DNA of 64,000 nt from Gemmatimonadaceae bacterium (GCA_035718845.1 DASTGU010000053.1:48950-112949), one strand, 5' to 3'; numbered from the stretch's first letter, positions 1 through 9,691 are shown. Program-made: numbers and translations. The notes: generated by a model from the letters alone, not told the origin.

Positions 1-194
1 GACCCAACGTGGTACCAGGTGTCCACGGCCACGATCGGCGTCGAATGGTCCTCACTCAAAATCACTTCGAGACCATTGGCAAGCTTGTACTTCTCGAACT
101 GAATTCGCGGTATGGCTTGAGCGCTCAACGGCGCTGTCAACGCTGTCAACGCTATTAAGTAACTAAGCGTGACTAAAGCTGGGCTTTTCCTCAC
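1..194 (-). CDS. M16 family (pitrilysin-like) peptidase, N-terminal part; runs off the window start
   Basis: Manual translation from GTG at 194 (GAGGAG upstream) gives MRKSPALVTLSYLIALTALTAPLSAQAIPRIQFEKYKLANGLEVILSEDHSTPIVAVDTWYHVGS: a signal peptide plus the M16 N-terminal signature LxNGLxV...WYxVGS. Not in the ORF track. Confidence 0.85.
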   Translation of the reverse strand, partial: MRKSPALVTLSYLIALTALTAPLSAQAIPRIQFEKYKLANGLEVILSEDHSTPIVAVDTWYHVG

Positions 195-260
195 TTTCTC
201 CTCGCAAAGAACGGTGTCTGGTGGGTAATTAGACACTGCGACACGCCCGCACAGCGTGCA

Positions 261-884
261 TCACATTTTCCGCTCGAAGAAAAACGCGAGCGGAGCTTTG
301 ATCGACTCGCTAAAGATATACTTCCACCACTGCTCCCCGTTTGCGGAGATGGGGCTGGTGCGAGTCGGCGACGTATAGGGTGTAAACCCGAACCTCCGCG
401 CCAGAATCCGCAGTCTCAGCATGTGGAATGGGTCGCTCACCAGCAGCGACGTCTGCAGGCCACGTGCTTCGAGCATTCCTGCCACCGCGCGCATCGACTC
501 GCTGGTAGTTCTGCCCTCTGTCTCCATCAGAATCGCCGTGTCGGGAACGCCACGCTTGATTGCGTAGGTTCTTCCGACAGCTGCTTCACTGGTCGTGTCA
601 CCGGCGCCTGTTCCACCGGTCAGAATCAGCCACTGAGCCAGACGACGCTGCCAAAGGTTCAGCGCGTGATCGAGTCGCGCGCGCAAAACCGGCGACGGCC
701 TGCCTGCATATTGCGCCGCGCCAAGGACCACGATCGCGTTCGCCGGCCGCGCTTCGTCGCGCGAGCTCCATACGATTACGGCGGCAACCGAGATCAGCCA
801 GAGCGTGAACGCCGTCACGACGACAATTGTGAGAATTCGCCTGACGATTGTAAGCGCCCGCTTCGCCTTTGCCGATCGCTTCAC
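261..884 (-). CDS. YdcF/DUF218 family membrane-anchored protein
   Basis: N-terminal TM helix; IVVLGA, LILTGG, SEA and LVSDPFHMLR motifs typical of DUF218/ElyC/SanA. Confidence 0.85.
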   Translation of the reverse strand: MKRSAKAKRALTIVRRILTIVVVTAFTLWLISVAAVIVWSSRDEARPANAIVVLGAAQYAGRPSPVLRARLDHALNLWQRRLAQWLILTGGTGAGDTTSEAAVGRTYAIKRGVPDTAILMETEGRTTSESMRAVAGMLEARGLQTSLLVSDPFHMLRLRILARRFGFTPYTSPTRTSPISANGEQWWKYIFSESIKAPLAFFFERKM

Positions 885-898
885 CAGTGGAAGCTACG

Positions 899-2281
899 CT
901 AGAAGCTGTAGGTGGTGTGAGGCTCGGGACACTCTACGCTGTATCCGCGAGCAGTAAGAGTCGCCTTGAACTCGTCTTGCACCGCCGGCTCACCATGCAC
1001 GAGCCAGATCGGGCCCAGTCGCGACGACTTCTCTTTAACGCGACCGAGCCACGCAATCATCTCCGTGCGGTCAGCATGCGCACTGTATCCGTCAATTACC
1101 TCGACGTGCGCATTAAGCGGGACGTCTTCCCCGAAGATCTGAAGTACGGGTTGCCTCTCGACGACCCGCCGGCCAAGTGTGTGCTCCGCCTGAAACCCGA
1201 CTACCAGAATTGTATTCCGGGGGTCGCTCGCACCCTGCGCGAGGTGATGCACAATACGGCCGTTCTCCATCATCCCCGATGCCGCGATGATGATCATTGG
1301 GCCGCGCGCGCGAGACAGTGCTTTTGATTCCTCTACATCCCGGGTGTAGTGCAGTAGCTCGAAGCGAAACAGCTCCTGTGCCTTCTGCACCATCGTCTCG
1401 GAATGGTCGAAGGTCTCCGGATGCATCTCGAAGACGGTCGTCGCATCGATCGCGAGCGGACTATCGACATAAATAGGTATGGCCGGGATGGCGCCCTCGC
1501 GCACGAGCCCATGCAGCGCATAAATCATTTCCTGGGTCCTGCCGAGGGCGAACGCGGGAATCAGAACGCGTCCTCCACGCGCCGCGGTGTCCCGGATGAC
1601 TTGGGCCAATTGGGCGCGCGCTCCTTCGACTGATTCGTGGTCGCGATTCCCGTAGGTAGACTCCATGATCAGTGCGTCCGCTCCCTCCGGAGGGGTTGGA
1701 TTGCGCACGATTGAGAGTCCGCTGCGGCCGATATCACCTGAAAACACCAGCCGCTTTGTCTTCCCATTCTCTGTGCAGTCGAGCTCCACGGAGGCAGAGC
1801 CCAGGATGTGGCCCGCATCTATGTAGGTCGCTCTCACCCCGGGGACAACGTCGAATGGACGATTGTAGGGGACGCCAACCATCAGGTCCATCGTCCTTAC
1901 AGCGTGTCGCATTCCGTAAAGTGGCTCGACAAAACCTTTTCTTCTCTTTGCCAGGAATTCCGCATCCTTTTCCTGAATGTGCGCGGAGTCGGCGAGCATT
2001 ACCGCCGAGAGATCACGCGTCGCAGACGTCGCCCAGATCGTTTTGGAGTAACCTTCTGCAATCAGGTACGGGAGCCGGCCGGAGTGATCGATGTGAGCAT
2101 GCGAGAGAACGACGGCGTCGAGCTGTTCGATCGGCAGTGGCAGCTGACGATTCTTCTCGGCCGCTTCCTGTCGCCGTCCCTGGAACATCCCGCAATCGAG
2201 AGCAACGGTGGATCCGTTGACATGAAGGAGATGACAGGAGCCGGTGACCTCACGTGCGGCTCCGACGAACGTTATCTCCAA
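899..2281 (-). CDS. MBL-fold metallo-hydrolase with beta-CASP domain (YSH1-like, probable RNase)
   Basis: GAAREVTGSC, DCGMFQG, HAHIDHSG, GHILGS, ESTYG, SAHAD and VHGE motifs. Confidence 0.9.
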   Translation of the reverse strand: MEITFVGAAREVTGSCHLLHVNGSTVALDCGMFQGRRQEAAEKNRQLPLPIEQLDAVVLSHAHIDHSGRLPYLIAEGYSKTIWATSATRDLSAVMLADSAHIQEKDAEFLAKRRKGFVEPLYGMRHAVRTMDLMVGVPYNRPFDVVPGVRATYIDAGHILGSASVELDCTENGKTKRLVFSGDIGRSGLSIVRNPTPPEGADALIMESTYGNRDHESVEGARAQLAQVIRDTAARGGRVLIPAFALGRTQEMIYALHGLVREGAIPAIPIYVDSPLAIDATTVFEMHPETFDHSETMVQKAQELFRFELLHYTRDVEESKALSRARGPMIIIAASGMMENGRIVHHLAQGASDPRNTILVVGFQAEHTLGRRVVERQPVLQIFGEDVPLNAHVEVIDGYSAHADRTEMIAWLGRVKEKSSRLGPIWLVHGEPAVQDEFKATLTARGYSVECPEPHTTYSF

Positions 2282-2285
2282 TCCG

Positions 2286-2462
2286 TTATCCTTCTCCTAC
2301 CGCATCACGCTGAAAGAGCAGCGTCACCCGCTGCTCGTCCTGTGACATCAAGGCAGGCTCCCATCCACCTCGACTCCTCTCGTTTAGCAGGTCGGTGAGC
2401 GTGTCCTCATCCTCGCGAGTGTGGCGCGTGAGCTTGACGACGACAGCCTGGTATTCTTTCAT
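2286..2462 (-). CDS. Small 58-aa protein, DUF4177-like
   Basis: Manual translation MKEYQAVVVKLTRHTREDEDTLTDLLNERSRGGWEPALMSQDEQRVTLLFQRDAVGEG*. It fills the apparent gap exactly and stops 4 nt before the next gene. LNxxxxxGWE and EY...F.R resemble DUF4177. Below the 60-aa ORF cutoff. Confidence 0.75.
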   Translation of the reverse strand: MKEYQAVVVKLTRHTREDEDTLTDLLNERSRGGWEPALMSQDEQRVTLLFQRDAVGEG

Positions 2463-2525
2463 CGGTAAATAGAGATTTGAGCCGGTGATGATCTACAGTT
2501 TCAGTGCCGGATTTTCGGGGAAAAA

Positions 2526-3176
2526 ATGATAGAGCGCGTAAAGGAGTTCCCTTCGCTGACTATTATCCGGCATCCCCTCGTTCAGCACAAGCTGACGATT
2601 CTGCGAGACGAGCAGACAGATACAAAGCACTTCAAGGAGCTGGTTGACGAAATCGCCATGCTGATGGCGTATGAGGCAACGAGCGAGCTGCCACTCGAAC
2701 CGCGTGAGGTTGTAACCCCTCTCGAGACTGCCACCGGCTGGCACATCAGCGGCAAGAAACTCACGCTCGTTCCGATCCTTCGCGCCGGTCTGGGTATGGT
2801 CGAGGGAATCCTTCGCCTGGTTCCTTCAGCCCGCGTTGGCCACATCGGTCTCTACCGCGATCACACCACCTTACAACCCGTCGATTATTACTTCAAAGTT
2901 CCAGGCGACACTTCGGAGCGAGACTTCTTCCTGCTGGATCCGATGCTGGCAACGGGAGGCAGTGCCGCTGCCGCGGTATCGTCGCTCAAGCGGGCGGGTG
3001 CGACGCGAATTCGCTTCCTGTGTCTGGTGGCCGCACCCGAAGGTGTGCGCAGGCTCAGCAGCGCGCACCCCGATGTTCAGATTTATTCTGCTGCGCTCGA
3101 CCGGGAACTGAACGAGCACGGATATATCCTTCCGGGGCTCGGGGATGCCGGCGATCGTTTATTCGGAACGCGGTAG
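2526..3176 (+). CDS. upp: Uracil phosphoribosyltransferase
   Basis: [27 protein letters not shown] and [17 protein letters not shown] signatures. Confidence 0.97.
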   Translation: MIERVKEFPSLTIIRHPLVQHKLTILRDEQTDTKHFKELVDEIAMLMAYEATSELPLEPREVVTPLETATGWHISGKKLTLVPILRAGLGMVEGILRLVPSARVGHIGLYRDHTTLQPVDYYFKVPGDTSERDFFLLDPMLATGGSAAAAVSSLKRAGATRIRFLCLVAAPEGVRRLSSAHPDVQIYSAALDRELNEHGYILPGLGDAGDRLFGTR

Positions 3177-3178
3177 GA

Positions 3179-3829
3179 TCAACCGAACCACTCGCGCGGA
3201 TTCAACCTCTGCTGCTCGGCAGCATCGATCACCCACTGCTGGCTCTGATTGTCGGTAATCTCACCAGCGACGGATTCGAACCAGACGCTCGCTTTCTTCA
3301 AATCCCCGACGCGGCGCCACAGCTCGCCCACTAGGTAGGTGAGAATCGCTCGCTCGTCGCGTGGGACTCCGTCGTAAGCTTTCAAAGCTTCTTCGAACAT
3401 CCACGCTGCATGCCGGCGGTAGTAGCGTTCAGCTTCGACGTCCCCTTCGTCAACGCAGCACCAGGCGGCCCGCAGGAGAAGATCGGCAACGTGCCGCGGA
3501 TCCATTCCCTGCCACTGAGCGACTTTCGCAGCAGCCTCGTATTTCTCCGAGCCGCAAACCAGTGCGGGACGCAACGGAGTCAGCTCCTGAAAAATGTGTT
3601 GCTTGAGAGACGGGCTTACATCGGCTCCCGGAGTAAAATCCGACTCGCCGCCGGAGTAGCCGCACTCACTGCACATATGAATGAGATAGGCGAGCGGCTG
3701 AGTACCTGCTGCACGCTCGTGGAAATCAGTGCGCTTACCCCCGAACGCGTTGGTTGAAACCACGCTCTGGGATTTGAATTCGTTGTCACACACGGGACAA
3801 CGAAGCTCGATCTGACGCAGCGTTGTCAT
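3179..3829 (-). CDS. DUF2225-like protein (CxxC...CxxC zinc ribbon plus TPR-like helices)
   Basis: CPVC...CSECGY, then LRAAWCC and YLVGELWRRVG. Start moved to the ATG at 3829, which has a strong GGAGG/AGGAG SD. Confidence 0.75.
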   Translation of the reverse strand: MTTLRQIELRCPVCDNEFKSQSVVSTNAFGGKRTDFHERAAGTQPLAYLIHMCSECGYSGGESDFTPGADVSPSLKQHIFQELTPLRPALVCGSEKYEAAAKVAQWQGMDPRHVADLLLRAAWCCVDEGDVEAERYYRRHAAWMFEEALKAYDGVPRDERAILTYLVGELWRRVGDLKKASVWFESVAGEITDNQSQQWVIDAAEQQRLNPREWFG

Positions 3830-4071
3830 AGGTACTCCTACCTCCTCGCTCCGGGCTTCCGGGAAAGGAAGAGGGAATATTTGTGCCACTAATCACAAAC
3901 GCATGCTAGACCTTCCGGAAAAGGCGTCTACTACTTTAGAAAAGCTCGAAAAAAATCTCGCTCCATTTCGAAAATCGAAGCGAACTCTGGCTTGTTGAGA
4001 ATTTCTGTCGATTGTATCTTCTCGCATCGCAAAAACGCGACTGGTTCTCCCAACCCGCGACCTGGTCGTTG

Positions 4072-5010
4072 ATGCTCATCAACCTACTGCCTGACTTCTT
4101 CGCAGTTCACAACAGTACAGACCGTGTCGCCGCCTATCTCCGCTACTTCGAAACTCACCGCCGCTACCTAGAAGCCTACTGGCACAACTACGTCCTCGAT
4201 CCGGCGGGGCCACATTTTCAGGAAGTCGTTAGATCTGCCGCACTTGCGAGCCGGGTAGATCTCCGCACGATGCTCGAGAGAATCGACGTCGTCTCTCTCG
4301 CGCGAAACACCGAAGAGCAGTGCCGCACTCTGCTCGAAGCAGATGTCGACGTGGACGTTTTGTTGATGGTCGGCGTCGGTGCAGCCAATGCGGGAGAGCT
4401 CGTTGTCGATGGCAAGGGTATCGCTTTCGTCTGCCTCGAGCACTTCACCAGCGTAACCAATCCCGAGACCCAGGGCCTCGGGCTGGATCCCGAGCTGATT
4501 CCACTCTGGCTCGCCCACGAAATTGCACACGCCATCCGCTATACCTCGCCGACGAGCCGGAGCGAGCTAAAGCAGCTAATCGACGATGCCGCCGGCTACT
4601 ATTCCTATTGGGAGACCGGTCGACGTGCTTCACTTCGTGAACTGGTAATCAACGAAGGCCTGGCCACCATTACTTCCCGCGCCATCAGTCCGGGCCACGC
4701 GGCGTGGGAGTACTACGGATATACCCGGCGAGAGTACGCGAGCGTGCGTGAGCTGGAGCCGGTGATTACCCGGGCACTGACCAACGACCTGGACCGCGCT
4801 GGACTTGGCTTGCGGTTGCGATACTTATCCGGCGGCATGAGTGACGACGCTCGCACCGTTGACCGACACGTCTTCCCCGAACGCAGCGGTTATTTCGTCG
4901 GAACCAAAATGGTCGAGCCCGCCGTCACCACCCGTGGACTGCCGTGGGCGATTCGGGCCAGTGCCGCTGAAATCACATCAATCGCCAGTTCTTCCGCCGC
5001 CTCAGCGTAG
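4072..5010 (+). CDS. Putative zinc metallopeptidase (DUF2268-like, HEXXH)
   Basis: LAHEIAHAIRY with downstream ELVINEGLA (third-ligand Glu) and GYFVG near the C-terminus. Start at ATG 4072 is inferred. Confidence 0.65.
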   Translation: MLINLLPDFFAVHNSTDRVAAYLRYFETHRRYLEAYWHNYVLDPAGPHFQEVVRSAALASRVDLRTMLERIDVVSLARNTEEQCRTLLEADVDVDVLLMVGVGAANAGELVVDGKGIAFVCLEHFTSVTNPETQGLGLDPELIPLWLAHEIAHAIRYTSPTSRSELKQLIDDAAGYYSYWETGRRASLRELVINEGLATITSRAISPGHAAWEYYGYTRREYASVRELEPVITRALTNDLDRAGLGLRLRYLSGGMSDDARTVDRHVFPERSGYFVGTKMVEPAVTTRGLPWAIRASAAEITSIASSSAASA

Positions 5011-5012
5011 CG

Positions 5013-6377
5013 CTACTTCCCAACACAAAAAGAGCTGAACACCCGATCGAGGACATCCTCGACGTCAACCGCGCCCACGAGCTCCTCGAGGGCGGTAATC
5101 GCTGTGCGGAGATGAACGGCAGCAACCGTCGCGGGAAGCTTGTCATCTTTCCATGCGCGACAGAAATCAGATATCTCGGAGCGAGCCAGCTCGAGAGCAT
5201 GCTTGTGGCGAGCTCTCGTTAATAGAGGCATGTCGGGAGCGCGAGGGCCCTGGTGCTCGTCGATCAGCAACTCAATGCGCGACAACAGCTCCGGCAAGCC
5301 GAGGCCGGTCTCGGCGCTTACCGACAGCATGCCCAACGGTAATTCGTACCTGGTTGCTACTAAATCGGCTTTGGTAAGGACGGGCACTATCGCGGCTTTG
5401 CTGCGTGCGCCTACGAATCTCACCGTCGCATCGACATCTCTCGCTGTCTCGGCACAAGCGAGCACCACTTCGGCAGCCGCCAGGTATCGCTCGCTCACCT
5501 CGATACCGAGGCGCTCGATTCGATCGGTGGTGTCGCGAAGCCCCGCAGTATCGACCAGGCGCAAAGGCCATTTACCGCCGTCGACGACGGCTTCGAGCGC
5601 ATCACGGGTGGTCCCTGCAATCTCGGTCACGATGGCTCTGGACTTCCCAAGCAGTGCGTTGAACAGCGACGACTTCCCTGCGTTCGGCGGTCCAGCGATG
5701 ACGACCACCGCTCCTTCACGAACGATTTCGCCCGCCGGTGCGGTCGCCAGCAGTGCATCGAGGGAGGCGAGAACGTCAGTCGTCGCACTCTCGATCCGAT
5801 CGCGCGGGATCGGCCCATCATCTTCCTCCGGAAAATCCACGTCGTAGGCAATCAGCGCTTCCAGCCCAAGTAGCTCATTTCTAAGTGCACTCAGACGGCG
5901 CGACAGACCGCCGTCGAGCTGGGTGAGTGCAGCGTTTTGCATTGCGCGTGAGCTGGCGCCGATGAGGTCACCAATCGCTTCGGCCTGCAGGATGTCGAGC
6001 CTTCCATTCAGCACTGCGCGACGGGTGAATTCGCCAGCCATCGCCTGACGCGCACCCGAAGTGGTGAGCGCGGCTACAACCGAACTTGGTACAATGTGGC
6101 CACCATGCGTCGAGATCTCGACGACGTCTTCACCAGTGTAGGAATGGGGCGCAGGAAACGCAGTGATCAGTACCTGATCGAGTTGCTGGTCACCGTCGAC
6201 AAAGTTCGCTAAATGAGCAGCGCGCGGATGCTTTGGCCAGTCGTGAACGTGCCTCCCAGCAATCGAAAACGCTTGCGGTCCGCTCAGGCGGATGACGGCG
6301 ATTGCTCCACGACCAGCGGGAGTAGCAATCGCGACGATCGTATCGTCGAATAAGCCGTGACTATTCGGCGCACTCAC
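5013..6377 (-). CDS. mnmE: tRNA modification GTPase MnmE/TrmE
   Basis: DTIVAIATP, GEDVVE, GEFTRRA, GPPNAGKSS, GTTRD, DTAG and terminal FCVGK. Confidence 0.97.
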   Translation of the reverse strand: MSAPNSHGLFDDTIVAIATPAGRGAIAVIRLSGPQAFSIAGRHVHDWPKHPRAAHLANFVDGDQQLDQVLITAFPAPHSYTGEDVVEISTHGGHIVPSSVVAALTTSGARQAMAGEFTRRAVLNGRLDILQAEAIGDLIGASSRAMQNAALTQLDGGLSRRLSALRNELLGLEALIAYDVDFPEEDDGPIPRDRIESATTDVLASLDALLATAPAGEIVREGAVVVIAGPPNAGKSSLFNALLGKSRAIVTEIAGTTRDALEAVVDGGKWPLRLVDTAGLRDTTDRIERLGIEVSERYLAAAEVVLACAETARDVDATVRFVGARSKAAIVPVLTKADLVATRYELPLGMLSVSAETGLGLPELLSRIELLIDEHQGPRAPDMPLLTRARHKHALELARSEISDFCRAWKDDKLPATVAAVHLRTAITALEELVGAVDVEDVLDRVFSSFCVGK

Positions 6378-7159
6378 GCCGCGGTCGGCAGCACAAACGT
6401 CGTTCCGGGCTCGAGAATTTTCACGGCGGGATGGAGCGGGTGATCCCGCAGTGTAGCACGCAGACGGTCGATCGCATCAAAGGCTGTCGACGTTACGTGA
6501 TTGAAGGTTCCCCAGTGATAAGGGATGAAATACCTGGCTTGGAGACGCTCGAAGAGCGTGAGCGCGTCATTGCTGGTTAAATGACCCTTGCGAAACCCCG
6601 GCTTCCACCATGGCGCATGACCGATCGGCAGCAACGCCAGATCCAGATCTCTCCCTTCTGCCTGCAGCTGTTTCTCAACGAGGTGCGTCGTATCAGGCAT
6701 GAGAGCAGTATCACCGGCGAAAAACGCCGAGACTTTATTAGTATCGAGTAGATACATATTAGTCGCACTTCGCCAGCGATCGACCCCGTAGCGATTTCCT
6801 TTGTGCGTAGCTGATGCGGCGTGAACATGCAACTCGCCAATTGCTTCCTTCGTGCCGGGAGCGACCGGGACTGCGTGCCGATAGCCTTGCTTATCCAGCC
6901 ATTTTGCCACTGCCGGCGGTGCGAAGAGCGGGATGTCCGACTGCAGCACGTCGAGAGACTTGAAGGAGAGATGATCAGCGTGGGCGTGGGTCAGTAGTAT
7001 CGCATCGAGTTTTGGCAGTGCATCGAGCGGGATGCCAGGCGCGCTTACTCGCGGCAGGAACTTGCCCAGTGACGGCTCGAAGTTCGGATCAGTGATGATC
7101 GTCCGACCGCCAATCTCAATTAGTAGCGTTGCGTGACCAATATATGTCACACGCAGCAT
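6374..7159 (-). CDS. MBL-fold metallo-hydrolase (UlaG/NAPE-PLD-like)
   Basis: GHATLLI, TDP, THAHADH, FAGDT and PYHWGTF; overlaps the mnmE start by 4 nt. Confidence 0.85.
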   Translation of the reverse strand: MLRVTYIGHATLLIEIGGRTIITDPNFEPSLGKFLPRVSAPGIPLDALPKLDAILLTHAHADHLSFKSLDVLQSDIPLFAPPAVAKWLDKQGYRHAVPVAPGTKEAIGELHVHAASATHKGNRYGVDRWRSATNMYLLDTNKVSAFFAGDTALMPDTTHLVEKQLQAEGRDLDLALLPIGHAPWWKPGFRKGHLTSNDALTLFERLQARYFIPYHWGTFNHVTSTAFDAIDRLRATLRDHPLHPAVKILEPGTTFVLPTAA

Positions 7160-7168
7160 TTTGGCCTC

Positions 7169-8857
7169 CTATCCCGCGGGTCGAACCTTTGCCCGCTCGC
7201 GCGCCAACATCCACTGCTGCGGGAGTGCCGCGATGTTTTGCGCCGTGTAGTAGAGGTTGAGCCCTGAAGCCATATTGAGCAACACTACCGTCATCATTAA
7301 CGGAAACATGTAGCCCATCATCTTCGCCTGCGGATTCGGTGGTGCGGTCCTCATTCCAATCCATGACAGCATATACATGGAGGCGCCCATCAATAGCGGC
7401 AGCACATAGAACGGGTCCTTCACGGAGATGTCGTGAAGCCAGAAGAAGGGCACGCCGCGGAATTCGATGGTGTTCTGAAATACGAAGAACAACGCGAAGA
7501 GGATCGGCATCGGCAACAGCGCCGGCAGACATCCGGTCAGCCCCGCGAAGGGGCTCACGCCAGCATCGCGATACACTTTCATTATCGCTTCGCGCTGCTG
7601 GACCGGATCTTTGTATTTCTTCTGCGCAGCAGCGAGCTTCGGTTGCAACTCCTGCATCTTCAGACTCGAACGCATCGTGCTCTGATTCAGCGGCCACAGC
7701 GCGAGCCTGACCAAGACGCCGAGGATGATCAGCACCCAACCGTAACTGAGGTTCAGGCGGTTGTGCATCCACAGCAAACCCTGAATCACCTTCGAGGCAA
7801 TCGGGTGTACGACCCCCTGCAGGAATCGCCAGCCATACGGATTCACGTGATCGAAGTCGCGGCCCATGCGCATCAGTCGCTGGGACTCCTGCGGACCGGC
7901 GTAAATATCGAAAGCGAACGCTCCGCTGTGAATTTCATCCACCACCGCAGCACTGGCAGTATTGGCGACCTTCGAAGTACGCGGTCCGCCCGTCAGTGTA
8001 ACCTCGCTGAACTGGCTTCCGTTAACAGGTGCCAGAACGCCGACGACGAAGTACTTGTTCTTCACCGCAACCCAACTCAGCGGCCCGGTCTCCAGTCTCT
8101 TTTCACCCGGATCGAGGCTGCCAAACAGCACGCTGCCGGCGCGATCACGTTGTGGTTTGAAGCTGTACGCAAGCGTTCGGTGATCACCGAGTGTATCTGC
8201 TTCGGTCGGCCTGAGGGTTTTGGGAAGCTCGGTGATGAGGTATGAAGGCGACGCGCCGCCGGTGACCCGTCCATCGACATGCATCGAGTAGCTGGACATC
8301 GTGTCAACCGGGATCGTGTAGGTCAGCGATACACTGCGTGCACCGACGGAGGCAGTGTAGACGAGTACTTCCGCGCTCGGGGTCCGGCTTCGCGCAAGCG
8401 CAAAGGCAGTCCGCGACAGATCGACAGTGTCGCTCGGACTGAGAATACGGTAGCCCAGTAGAGACGAGCCCTGGTTACCCAGATCGACGAGGCTATTCGT
8501 CGCCCTGCTCTTGTAGTCGCGGATGACTACCGCTGTTGGCGCAGCTCCTACGCTCGAGAACTTGTAGATCGCCTTCGGCGTTTCGACGACCGTAGTTTCC
8601 GCGCGGACAGTCGCGGTATCGGGAGATATGGCGATTCCCGAAGTGGCGGTTTTGCCAGGAGCTACAGCGGAGACTTGATTGGGCGTAACTGCAACTGTCG
8701 ACGAAGCGGCGGATCCAGCAGTCGACGACGCCGTTCGAGCAGTCGAATCCTTCGCATTACGCGACGCTGGCGTCGGCTTGGCTGACGGAAACAACAGCTG
8801 GGTAATGGCGATGACCACCAGCGATAGAAACAGTGCCAGGAAAAAACGCTTATCCAT
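7169..8857 (-). CDS. yidC: Membrane protein insertase YidC
   Basis: MDKRFFLA N-terminal TM, large periplasmic domain, KNKYF, YGWVLIILGVLVRL, ELQPKL, GCLPALLPMPILF and GLNLYY. Confidence 0.97.
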   Translation of the reverse strand: MDKRFFLALFLSLVVIAITQLLFPSAKPTPASRNAKDSTARTASSTAGSAASSTVAVTPNQVSAVAPGKTATSGIAISPDTATVRAETTVVETPKAIYKFSSVGAAPTAVVIRDYKSRATNSLVDLGNQGSSLLGYRILSPSDTVDLSRTAFALARSRTPSAEVLVYTASVGARSVSLTYTIPVDTMSSYSMHVDGRVTGGASPSYLITELPKTLRPTEADTLGDHRTLAYSFKPQRDRAGSVLFGSLDPGEKRLETGPLSWVAVKNKYFVVGVLAPVNGSQFSEVTLTGGPRTSKVANTASAAVVDEIHSGAFAFDIYAGPQESQRLMRMGRDFDHVNPYGWRFLQGVVHPIASKVIQGLLWMHNRLNLSYGWVLIILGVLVRLALWPLNQSTMRSSLKMQELQPKLAAAQKKYKDPVQQREAIMKVYRDAGVSPFAGLTGCLPALLPMPILFALFFVFQNTIEFRGVPFFWLHDISVKDPFYVLPLLMGASMYMLSWIGMRTAPPNPQAKMMGYMFPLMMTVVLLNMASGLNLYYTAQNIAALPQQWMLARERAKVRPAG

Positions 8858-9066
8858 TATGGAACGGGATCATAACCGCCGGCATGAAACGGGTGGCAGC
8901 GAAGGAGCCGGCTAACGGTGAGATAAATGCCACGCACGACGCCATGCCGCTCGAACGCTTCAATTGCGTAGGCAGAACAGCTCGGATAGTAGCGACAGCT
9001 GGCGGGCAGCAGCGGTGATATTCCCACCTGGTACCCACGAATGAGCAGGATAAATAACGTGCGCAT
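8857..9066 (-). CDS. yidD: Membrane protein insertion efficiency factor YidD
   Basis: [10 protein letters not shown] and [17 protein letters not shown]. Confidence 0.96.
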   Translation of the reverse strand: MRTLFILLIRGYQVGISPLLPASCRYYPSCSAYAIEAFERHGVVRGIYLTVSRLLRCHPFHAGGYDPVP

Positions 9067-9069
9067 AAT

Positions 9070-9453
9070 TCAGCGTGCGAGACCAGCCGCCCAGTCGCCG
9101 ATTTGAGCGACATCGGACGTCAGTTCATTGAACGTAGAATCGTACGCCTCGGGTTTTGCCCGGATCAGTAGATCGACTCGACCAAGGTCCCGTAACAGTC
9201 TGGTTCGCACTAGCTCGCGGAGACGTCGTTTAACGCGGTTTCTGTCAACGACATTGTGCCGATGTTTCGGAACTACAATCCCGACCCTTGGATGCAAAAA
9301 CAGAGAAGCTGATGCTCGAGCCTCGAGACGCTCGGTTTGCATTCGCTTCCCTGTACGTCTAACCGCCTCTAGATCAGCTTCGCTCGTCAGTCGATAACTG
9401 CGAGGGAAGCTGAGAGCCTTAGGCGCCGGCGTACTTCGACGGTAACTGGACGG
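9070..9453 (-). CDS. rnpA: Ribonuclease P protein component; start codon unresolved (open frame 9453 to 9070, first ATG at 9342)
   Basis: RVGIVVPK and RNR motif ([12 protein letters not shown]). The conserved N-terminus [22 protein letters not shown] is in frame upstream of the first ATG. Canonical position after rpmH. Confidence 0.9.
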   Translation of the reverse strand, partial: PSSYRRSTPAPKALSFPRSYRLTSEADLEAVRRTGKRMQTERLEARASASLFLHPRVGIVVPKHRHNVVDRNRVKRRLRELVRTRLLRDLGRVDLLIRAKPEAYDSTFNELTSDVAQIGDWAAGLAR

Positions 9454-9583
9454 TTAGCCGTTTACGTCCCTTTTTGCGGCGCCGGCTAAGAACTTCACGT
9501 CCCCATTTAGTAGCCATCCGCAACCTAAAGCCATGGGTGCGAATACGGCGCTTGTTGCGAGGACGGTAGGTCGGCTTGCCCAT
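9419..9583 (-). CDS. rpmH: 50S ribosomal protein L34 (54 aa)
   Basis: Manual translation [54 protein letters not shown]; GGAG SD. Not in the ORF track. Confidence 0.97.
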   Translation of the reverse strand: MGKPTYRPRNKRRIRTHGFRLRMATKWGREVLSRRRKKGRKRLTVQLPSKYAGA

Positions 9584-9632
9584 TTATAACTCCAAGAGAA
9601 CCAGAAAGATCTGAGTTGGTGCGAAGCGGGTA

Positions 9633-9661
9633 AAGCTATCCCACCATTGGAGATACTTCAA
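9633..9661 (-). promoter_or_regulatory. Sigma70-type promoter of the rpmH-rnpA-yidD-yidC operon
   Basis: Minus strand TTGAAG-17 bp-TAGCTT. Confidence 0.7.
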
Positions 9662-9691
9662 GTCAGCTGAAGTATCGCGCGCTGAGCTTGT

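Noticed and set aside
121-153. 9-nt tandem repeat CGCTGTCAA
   Set aside because: Only two full in-frame copies, encoding LTALTA in a signal peptide; too short for a contingency locus
9419-9600. Thermus-type rnpA starting upstream of and spanning rpmH, or -1 frameshifting at C AAA AAG
   Set aside because: An in-frame TAA at 9454-9456 closes the rnpA frame, and a -1 shift enters the wrong frame
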